NCBI GenBank assembly: GCA_963708605.1
Contig: CAVPTG010000015.1
Span: 51,218 to 115,217, forward strand
Direction of reading: 5' to 3'
DNA: 64,000 nt
Source of the DNA: Candidatus Dormiibacterota bacterium
Lineage (GTDB): Bacteria; Chloroflexota; Dormibacteria; Aeolococcales; Aeolococcaceae
Shown here: positions 57,253 to 64,000 of the stretch, piece after piece
Layout of the letters: every line of letters starts with the position of its first letter
Position numbering within the stretch: the stretch's first letter is position 1
The notes under the pieces: generated by a model
What the model was told of the DNA's origin: nothing
Seen by the model: the letters and a program-made list of their open reading frames with translations, nothing else
Database searches by the model: none
Made by a program: the position numbers and the translations under genes

Positions 57253-57510
57253 GCCGAGATCATCCCTAGGACTCGCGGCGCCAGAGTGATGGTCGGCGAT
57301 TCGTCACAAGGCGCAAACCGCGTCGTAGCCTTGCGTCTGAGGATGGAGCCGTACTTTCACGGCTTGGCCTACCCCCACGCCAGAGAGGCAGGCATGCTCG
57401 CCGCTCGCCGTCGATGACGCCGGACCACCTGCTTCCCTAGTCCAATCGCTCACAGCGAACTCTGAGCTTCCGCTCAGATCGCCGTGAGCGACGGGTGACA
57501 CAGTGAGGCC

Positions 57511-59595
57511 ATGGCTTCCCGCCCGTTCTTCGACGATCCCCCGCCGGTGCTGCCGGCCGCCCCGCCGGCGCCACCTCGGATCCGGGATGCGGGAACCACC
57601 GGCGCGCTGCCCATCCGCTGGGCGAGGTTGCTCGTGCGCGGCCGCCAGGAGGACGCGGCGTGGGTGCGCCCGTCACTGATCGGGCTGCTCGGCCTCGCCG
57701 CACTCCTCTATATCTGGGACCTCGGCGCCTCGGGGTGGGCGAACGCCTTCTACTCAGCGGCGGTCCAGGCCGGGTCGACAAGCTGGAAGGCCTTCTTCTT
57801 CGGATCGTTCGACGCATCGAACTTCATCACTGTCGATAAATCGCCTGCCGCGCTGTGGGTGATGGACCTCTCGGCTCGCCTGTTCGGCGTCAATGCGTGG
57901 AGCATCCTCGTGCCCCAGGCACTCGAGGGTGTGGCCACCGTGGGCTTCACCTATCTCACTGTCCGACGATGGTTCTCACCCGCCGCGGCGTTGATCGCCG
58001 GCGCGACGGTTGCGCTGACACCGGTCGCGGCGTTGATGTTCCGGTTCGACAACCCCGATGCCCTGCTCGTGCTCCTGCTCACCATCGCCACATACGCGAC
58101 GGTTCGCGCTGTCGAAGCGGGCAAGACCAAGTGGCTCGTACTCGCCGCAACCCTGGTCGGATTCGCGTTCCTGACCAAGATGCTCCAGGCGTTTCTCGTC
58201 GTGCCTGCGTTCGGCGTCGTCTACCTCCTCGCCGCACCGGTATCGCTCCGACGCCGCATCACGCAGCTCGGGATCGCCGCCGCTGCGATGGTCGTCGCCT
58301 CGGGCTGGTGGGTGGCGATCGTCCAGCTCACGCCCGCCGCGGACCGCCCCTACATCGGCGGATCGCAGAACAACAGCATCCTCAACCTGATCTTTGGCTA
58401 CAACGGATTCGGCCGGCTCACCGGCAACGAGACGGGAAGCGTCGGCGGGGCCGGCACCACCGGATCGATGTGGGGCCCAACAGGCCTCACCCGCCTGTTC
58501 AATGCCAGCTTCGGCGGTCAGGTCTCCTGGCTCCTGCCCGCGGCGCTGATCCTGCTGGTCGCCGGCCTCGTGTTCACAATGCGGCGAGGCCGCACGGACC
58601 GCACGCGCGCGGGCCTCATCCTCTGGGGCGGCTCACTGCTCGTGACCGCATTGGTCTTCAGCCTGGCCGCCGGCATCATCCATCCCTATTACACAGTTGC
58701 GCTCGCCCCGGCGATCGGCGCGCTGGTCGGCATCGGCAGCGTGCTGCTGTGGCGCGAACGGTTCCACGTCTGGGCACGCGTGGTGCTCGCCGGAACCGTC
58801 GCGGTGACGAGCGTCTGGTCGGTCGTCCTGCTCGAGCGCAGCCCCGAGTTCGCTCCCGCGCTCGCCCCGACCGTCGCCATTCTCGGCGTCGGTGCCGCGA
58901 TCGCAATACTCGGCGTGCCGCTGCTGCATCGAGGCGTCGTGGCCGGGGTGCTCGCCGTCGCCATGGCAGCGGCCTTCGCGGGGCCTGCCGCCTACACGAT
59001 CGACACCGTCCTGACGGCGCACTCCGGGGCCATCCCGTCGGCCGGGCCGGCGGTCACGGCGGCGACGACCGGCGGTCGTCCCGCCGGCGGACCCGGTGGT
59101 TTCGCCGGGCGCGGCGCGCCGCGGGCCTTTCCTGGCAGCTTCGGTGGCGGCTTCGCTCCTGGGGCGGGCTTCGGAAACCCGGGCGGGTTCGCCGGCAGAG
59201 GCGGTTTCCCAGGCGGTGGCGGCGGCGGAGGCGGGTTCCTGAACGCGAGCACACCGGGCGCGGCGCTGGTCAGGCTGCTGCAGACCAATGCCGGCCGTTA
59301 CGGCTGGGTTGCAGCCACAATCGACGCTAACTCAGCAGCCGGGTACCAGCTGGCGACCGACGATCCGATCATGGCCATCGGCGGATTCAACGGCACCGAT
59401 CCCGCACCGAGCCTCGCACAGTTCGAGCAGTACGTCGCCCAGGGGCGCATCCACTATTTCATCGGCTCGGGGCGAACAGCCGGCGCCACAGGCAATGCCA
59501 CCTCCGGCCGGATCGCACAGTGGGTCGAGCAACATTTCACCGCCACCACTGTGGATGGTGTGACCGTGTACGACCTGACCCAGCCTGCCGCCTGA
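57511..59595 (+). CDS. Glycosyltransferase family 39 (ArnT/PMT-like GT-C) membrane protein with Gly-rich low-complexity segment
   Basis: The N-terminal GT-C pattern is IWDLGASGWANAFYSAAVQAGSTSWKAFFFGSFDASNFITVDKSPAALW. There are more than 10 TM helices, a GGFAGRG/GGGGGGGG tract at about 59040-59250, and a conserved C-terminal soluble domain. Confidence 0.85.
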   Translation: MASRPFFDDPPPVLPAAPPAPPRIRDAGTTGALPIRWARLLVRGRQEDAAWVRPSLIGLLGLAALLYIWDLGASGWANAFYSAAVQAGSTSWKAFFFGSFDASNFITVDKSPAALWVMDLSARLFGVNAWSILVPQALEGVATVGFTYLTVRRWFSPAAALIAGATVALTPVAALMFRFDNPDALLVLLLTIATYATVRAVEAGKTKWLVLAATLVGFAFLTKMLQAFLVVPAFGVVYLLAAPVSLRRRITQLGIAAAAMVVASGWWVAIVQLTPAADRPYIGGSQNNSILNLIFGYNGFGRLTGNETGSVGGAGTTGSMWGPTGLTRLFNASFGGQVSWLLPAALILLVAGLVFTMRRGRTDRTRAGLILWGGSLLVTALVFSLAAGIIHPYYTVALAPAIGALVGIGSVLLWRERFHVWARVVLAGTVAVTSVWSVVLLERSPEFAPALAPTVAILGVGAAIAILGVPLLHRGVVAGVLAVAMAAAFAGPAAYTIDTVLTAHSGAIPSAGPAVTAATTGGRPAGGPGGFAGRGAPRAFPGSFGGGFAPGAGFGNPGGFAGRGGFPGGGGGGGGFLNASTPGAALVRLLQTNAGRYGWVAATIDANSAAGYQLATDDPIMAIGGFNGTDPAPSLAQFEQYVAQGRIHYFIGSGRTAGATGNATSGRIAQWVEQHFTATTVDGVTVYDLTQPAA

Positions 59596-59599
59596 TCGT

Positions 59600-60652
59600 C
59601 TAGCGGGGCGACCAGGCGGCGGCCGACGTCGCGTCCAGGTCGACACGAGAATCGGTCACCCGGCGAGGCGCGCCGGGATGAGCGCCACCCGCGCCGGCGA
59701 TGTACCAGAGGCCGAAGTTTCCATCCGGGTCTGAGGCATTCATATAGAGAAGGCTGTCGCCGCTCGACGACCACGATGGTGAGTTGCAGAGGCAATTCGC
59801 GACCACCACTCGCAATGGGCCGAGTGCGTTGCCCGCGAGCGTCGCGACCTCCAGGTCCGCCATCTGGCCGGAGTTGGTGCACACCATCGCCACGGTCACA
59901 CCGTCCGCCGCGACCGCGGGCGCCCCGCAATCCTGGTGCGGGGTGGTCAGCGCTCGCATCGGGCTGTTCGGGGTGGTCTGCAGGCCCAGCACCGTCACCA
60001 CGGTTCCCTTGCCGGTGTTCGCAAAGCTTGAATAGAGCACGCTGCCGTCCGGCAACGGCACCGGCTGGATGTCACCACCCGTGTAGAGATCGGGCACCGA
60101 CCAGCGGGTTGCGCCACCGACCCCGGCGTCGCCGATGCTCAAGGCCGTGCCCAGCGGCGCCGACCACAGCGAGAAATCCACCTCGTAGCCCTGCCTGGGT
60201 GCCGGCTTCGGCGAATCGGTTGCAAAGTACACGCTGGTTCCGTCGGGGCCGATCGCCGGCCAGAGGATCCAGTGGTTCACCTGCAGCGTCCCGTTGGTGG
60301 TCGCCTGGCCGTCGGAGGTCATCTGGCCGAGGACGCGACCCGAAGCGCTCACGTGATAAAGATCGGAGTAGTCGTCGAACCGGCGTATCACGAGCAGCGA
60401 GCCGTCCGGCAGGACGCGCGGTTGCGTCCAATCGCCGCCCTGCGGGAGCACCAGACGGCGGACCGTCGAACCGGAGATCGCGTAGATCGAGCCCTGCTGA
60501 CTGACATAGATGGTGCCCGGCAGGCGCACCTGCGGGCTCGTGGTGGTGATGAGTGACGCGGTGGTCGCGTGCGTCTGGAGCACCGCAAGCGTTCGGTTGG
60601 CAACCAGCCCGCTGGCCATCATCAGGCAGATGAGCAGCGCGGCCCGCCTCAT
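59600..60652 (-). CDS. Secreted TolB-like beta-propeller (PD40/WD40-like repeat) protein
   Basis: Signal peptide MRRAALLICLMMASGLVA. PD40-like blades repeat (PRVLPDGSLLV, WPAIGPDGTSVYF, PVPLPDGSVLYS, SPSWSSSGDSLLY). Confidence 0.7.
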   Translation of the reverse strand: MRRAALLICLMMASGLVANRTLAVLQTHATTASLITTTSPQVRLPGTIYVSQQGSIYAISGSTVRRLVLPQGGDWTQPRVLPDGSLLVIRRFDDYSDLYHVSASGRVLGQMTSDGQATTNGTLQVNHWILWPAIGPDGTSVYFATDSPKPAPRQGYEVDFSLWSAPLGTALSIGDAGVGGATRWSVPDLYTGGDIQPVPLPDGSVLYSSFANTGKGTVVTVLGLQTTPNSPMRALTTPHQDCGAPAVAADGVTVAMVCTNSGQMADLEVATLAGNALGPLRVVVANCLCNSPSWSSSGDSLLYMNASDPDGNFGLWYIAGAGGAHPGAPRRVTDSRVDLDATSAAAWSPR

Positions 60653-60653
60653 C

Positions 60654-61691
60654 TCACGCCGCCACCGGGAAGTATTTCGCGACCTCGGGCCGGATCAATG
60701 CCCAGTTGGGCATCAGCGCGTCCTGGCCGCCGACATATGTGGTGGTCGTGTAGGGAGGGAGCAGGACAACCTGGGTGATCGAGGCAAGCGGCACCGATCC
60801 CGCGATCGGCAGCAGGCCACTCACTTGCCCGATGCTCATGTCGGTCTGAAAATTCGAGCCCAGCGACGTCGCCAGACCCGGGATGTCGGCGATCGACACG
60901 TGCTTCGTCTTGGCACGCAGTGCGATCAGGATCTGCTGCTGCCGCTGCGACCGCGCGAAATCGCCGTAGGCGTCATCGTGCCGCGCGCGCACGTACTCGA
61001 GCGCGAGGGTCCCGCTCATGTGCTGCGCACCGGGAAGCACCAGGATCCGCTGGTAGTCGTACGGGTTGCCGCCCGAGAGGTCCGCAGGGTAGTAGTCGTC
61101 CATCACCGGGTTGTTGGCGATGACGTTGACGCCCCCAAGCTCGTTGAGCACGGACACCAGCCCCTGGAGCCCGATCCACGCGTAATAGTCGATGTGGACG
61201 CGGAGGTCGCGCTCCACGGTTTGGATCGCGCACTGGGCACCGCCGTGCAGGAACGCCTGGTCGATCTTGCCGTTGCCCCCCGTGCAGAGGCGGACCCAGA
61301 GGTCGCGCGGGATCGAGAGCATGGTCACGTGATGGGTCGCCGGGTCGACCCGGGTCAGGATCATCGACTGGGTCAGGAAGTCCCCATTGAACTTCGAATC
61401 GCTGTCCGATCCCAGGAGCAGCAGCGTGAAGGGCGACCTCGACGAGAGGTTCTCGCTCGCCGACACCGGTTTGAGCTGGGCGGTTCCACCAAGCGAGGTG
61501 TTCACCTGGCCGGTATCGCGAAGTGCTACCTGGATCGCGGGGAGGAAGTAGAGAGCCACGCCGGCGACGATCGAGACGAGGAAGCCCGCCGCAACGAACG
61601 ATCCCCGGGTGAACCGCTGACGGCCGGTCTTCAGGGATGCGCGGCGGCGGCGGACGGTGCGGCGACCTGAAAGATCGTATGAACGAGACAA
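60654..61691 (-). CDS. LCP family (LytR-CpsA-Psr) cell-wall glycopolymer ligase
   Basis: TTG start in the track. An N-terminal TM anchor is followed by FTLLLLGSDS...SMILTRVDP....MLSIPRDLWV...IDYYAWIGLQGLVSVLNELGGVNV. Confidence 0.85.
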   Translation of the reverse strand: MSRSYDLSGRRTVRRRRASLKTGRQRFTRGSFVAAGFLVSIVAGVALYFLPAIQVALRDTGQVNTSLGGTAQLKPVSASENLSSRSPFTLLLLGSDSDSKFNGDFLTQSMILTRVDPATHHVTMLSIPRDLWVRLCTGGNGKIDQAFLHGGAQCAIQTVERDLRVHIDYYAWIGLQGLVSVLNELGGVNVIANNPVMDDYYPADLSGGNPYDYQRILVLPGAQHMSGTLALEYVRARHDDAYGDFARSQRQQQILIALRAKTKHVSIADIPGLATSLGSNFQTDMSIGQVSGLLPIAGSVPLASITQVVLLPPYTTTTYVGGQDALMPNWALIRPEVAKYFPVAA

Positions 61692-61825
61692 CCTCGAACC
61701 TCAGGTGAGACGTGGAGGAGGACGCGAGTTCAAGGACGGGCTGCGGCGACGAGCGCTGCGGCCGTCAGATGGTACCCCGAGGTCGCGCCTCGCGACCATG
61801 AACTGCATGTACGCTCTCCTCGGAC

Positions 61826-62458
61826 ATGAGCAAGGCGCGGCTGGAAGCCTTCAGCGACGGCGTCATCGCCGTGGCCATCACCCTCCTGGCGCTCGACCTC
61901 ACCGTTCCCCAACCGGGACACGGAGAGCTGCTCACCCAGCTCGGCGACCACTGGCCGCAGTTCGCGGCATACGTCGTGAGCTTCTTCACCATCGGGATCA
62001 TCTGGGTGAACCACCACGCGCGGGTCAGCCTCATCGTCGTGGTCGATCGCACGCTGCTCTTTCTCAATCTCGTGTTGCTGCTGTTCGTCGTGCTCATCCC
62101 GTTCGCCACCGCGACCATGGCCACGTATCTGACCAGCGGCAGCGGCGAGTCGCACATCGCGATGGCGGTCTACGCGGTAGTGCTCGAGGGCATGGCGCTG
62201 AGCTTCACCGCAATGTTCGAGTGGTCGCTCGGCGAGGGGCGCACGCTGCTCGTTGTGCCGGTCGATCAGCGCCGCACCGAGCGGGTGCGCGGATCGATCG
62301 GAACGCTGGTCTATGCAGCCGTCTTTGCCGTAGCGTTCATCAACGCTCCGCTGGCGCTGGCGCTCGCAGGGGTCACCGCGGTCTACTACGTGTTCGCGCC
62401 GGTGCCCCATACCGGCATCGAAGCCGAGGTCGAGGAGCTGACGTCCGGACCCGTGTGA
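61826..62458 (+). CDS. TMEM175/DUF1211 family potassium-channel-like membrane protein
   Basis: The signature RLEAFSDGVIAVAITLLALDL and six TM helices. Confidence 0.85.
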   Translation: MSKARLEAFSDGVIAVAITLLALDLTVPQPGHGELLTQLGDHWPQFAAYVVSFFTIGIIWVNHHARVSLIVVVDRTLLFLNLVLLLFVVLIPFATATMATYLTSGSGESHIAMAVYAVVLEGMALSFTAMFEWSLGEGRTLLVVPVDQRRTERVRGSIGTLVYAAVFAVAFINAPLALALAGVTAVYYVFAPVPHTGIEAEVEELTSGPV

Positions 62459-62570
62459 TGAACACCCGCGCCATCATGGGTCTCAGCAATGTCACAGACA
62501 TGGCTCAGGCCACGCTGAGCTACGGGCCTCATGCTGCGAAGTGTCACCAAACTGAAAACCTCGGAGCCTG

Positions 62571-63890
62571 ATGATGACTAGCGAGATGCAGGATTACCCC
62601 CCGTACACCCCACCCCCACCCCCCGGCGAGCCGGCCGGCGCCTCGTATGGTCATTGGTCGTCCGACCCCCAGTGGGGTCCTCCCAGCTGGCCGCAGACCC
62701 CACAGGGTCGGCGCGGAGGCGGAGGCTCCGGCCTGCGTCGCACCGCGCTCGCGGCCTTCGCGATCGCCTGTGTCGGCGCCGGCGGCGGCACAGCCTGGGC
62801 GCTGACCACGACGTCGATCACCTCCCACACGCCGAGCGCATCGTCTCCTTCGGGAGGCTCGACCGGCACCGGCAGCACCCCAAGCACGGGCAGTCAGGAT
62901 CCCTCGGCCGGTGGTGCGCTCTCCGCAGCCACCATCGCAAGAATCGATGCGTCGGTGGTGGACATCAACGCCGACGTGGCGGGCGGCAGCGGCCAGGTCG
63001 CCGGCACCGGCATGATCATCAGCTCGAACGGCTTGGTGCTCACCAATAACCACGTCATCGATCACACCGTGAACATCACAGCGCAGATCGACGGCACCGG
63101 CACCACGTACAAGGTGAAGGTCATCGGGTACGACGCGAAGGACGACGTCGGGCTCGTTCAGCTTCAGAATGCCTCCAACCTTCCGACCATACCGCTGGGC
63201 GATTCGTCGACAGTCTCGGTCGGTGACGCGATCACCGTGCTCGGCAATGCCCAGGGCAGGGGCGGCACACCGGCAGAGGTCACCGGCACCATCGCCGGGC
63301 TCGGCGCCCAGATCACCGCGAGCGACGACAATGGCAACACCGAGACCCTGACCGGCATGCTCCAGGTCAGCGCCCCGATTCAACCCGGTGACTCGGGTGG
63401 TCCGGAGGTCAACTCGGCTGGTCAGGTCATCGGCATGACGACTGCGGGTCAGACCTCAGGGAATCCGGGCCAGGAGGCCGCATCGACCACGGGGTTCGCG
63501 ATCCCGGTCAACAAGGCGATGACGATCATCTCTGAGATCCGCGCCGGCAGCGGTACGAACATCCACATCGGAAACGCGGCCCTGCTCGGCGTGGCGATCG
63601 CCCCCGCCCAGCCAGGACTCAACGGCCTCGCGCCCAACTGCACAGCCTCGCTTGCCACGGCAGGTGCCTGGGTCAGCGGGGTCAACGCGAACCCCGCGGA
63701 AAGCGCGGGCGTGTCAGTCTGCAGCCGTATCACCAGCATCGGAGGGACCGCGGTTTCTAACCAGAACGACCTGTCCAACGCGATGGAGGGATTCCAGGTT
63801 GGACAGACCGTGGCCCTCACCTGGATGGACGCTTCGGGCGCGACCCACAGCGCCAACGTCACCCTCGGCCAGGCCAGCTTCCCCGACTGA
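62571..63890 (+). CDS. HtrA/DegP-type trypsin-like serine protease with C-terminal PDZ domain
   Basis: A Pro-rich cytoplasmic N-terminus and one TM helix. The catalytic triad context is TNNHVI (His), KDDVGLVQL (Asp) and QPGDSGGPEV (Ser). The PDZ-like C-terminus is GAWVSGV...ITSIGGTAV. Confidence 0.88.
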   Translation: MMTSEMQDYPPYTPPPPPGEPAGASYGHWSSDPQWGPPSWPQTPQGRRGGGGSGLRRTALAAFAIACVGAGGGTAWALTTTSITSHTPSASSPSGGSTGTGSTPSTGSQDPSAGGALSAATIARIDASVVDINADVAGGSGQVAGTGMIISSNGLVLTNNHVIDHTVNITAQIDGTGTTYKVKVIGYDAKDDVGLVQLQNASNLPTIPLGDSSTVSVGDAITVLGNAQGRGGTPAEVTGTIAGLGAQITASDDNGNTETLTGMLQVSAPIQPGDSGGPEVNSAGQVIGMTTAGQTSGNPGQEAASTTGFAIPVNKAMTIISEIRAGSGTNIHIGNAALLGVAIAPAQPGLNGLAPNCTASLATAGAWVSGVNANPAESAGVSVCSRITSIGGTAVSNQNDLSNAMEGFQVGQTVALTWMDASGATHSANVTLGQASFPD

Positions 63891-64000
63891 CGCCGGGGCG
63901 TCTGCGCCTCGGACCGCGTTCTTTGGATCCGGAGCCGGGTCTCCTCCGGCGATATCGCATCGCCCGTAACTACAGCGATTCCGGGGCGTGATGACGCGTT

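Noticed and set aside
57304-57501. 65-aa minus-strand ORF upstream of tadE as a candidate Flp pilin (contains G-S-S-E-F)
   Set aside because: No hydrophobic helix follows the E-F, so the mature part is polar. It therefore lacks the defining Flp G/xxxxEY-hydrophobic architecture. Other frames in 57253-57510 also lack a pilin-like ORF.

Overview
This is a 64-kb, high-GC, densely coding window. It looks like a monoderm, Actinomycetota-like genome; that is an inference from the LCP ligase, the GT39 mannosyltransferase-like protein, the Rv2466c-like DsbA, the TadE/TadG proteins and AGGAGG-type ribosome-binding sites. All family calls rest on motif recognition by eye, because no searches were possible. 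I recognised no rRNA, tRNA, CRISPR array, transposase or integrase.

Layout:
- 1-2.5 kb: tail of a conjugative T4SS module (PrgI/VirB3-like, TrbL/VirB6-like and VirB2-like small proteins).
- 2.7-15 kb: housekeeping and stress genes. These are USP, a lactonase-like propeller, an OmpR/HK pair, VOC, an HxlR-YceI-DsbA-MFS module, a PQQ sugar dehydrogenase, a spermidine-synthase-like membrane protein and an excisionase-type HTH.
- 15-27 kb: cell-surface proteins. These are pectate-lyase-type beta-helix proteins, a three-repeat 'DTR' secreted protein, a membrane pseudokinase with Ig-like ectodomain, a 1083-aa Ig-repeat protein carrying perfect 330-bp tandem repeats, and a phosphoesterase.
- 27.4-48.9 kb: the most interesting region, a candidate sulfated glycan or glycolipid biosynthesis and export island. 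It holds four paralogous sulfotransferases, cysQ, GT2/GT4 enzymes including a GT2-TM-GT4 fusion, a Wzx-like flippase, a 1311-aa GT-C-like/TPR membrane protein, a third beta-helix paralogue, a histidine phosphatase and a MacAB-like exporter translationally coupled to a sulfotransferase.
- 49-64 kb: a second Ig-repeat surface protein, satP-like plus acs, an orphan TadE/TadE/TadG trio, GT39, a TolB-like propeller, LCP, a TMEM175-like channel and HtrA.

Sequence-level oddities:
- Four genes need a 1-nt skip to be read full length. Two of these sites sit at the identical octamer GAGTTCGA.
- Two surface proteins share a VQGITTPGTG-TM-basic C-terminal sorting signal.
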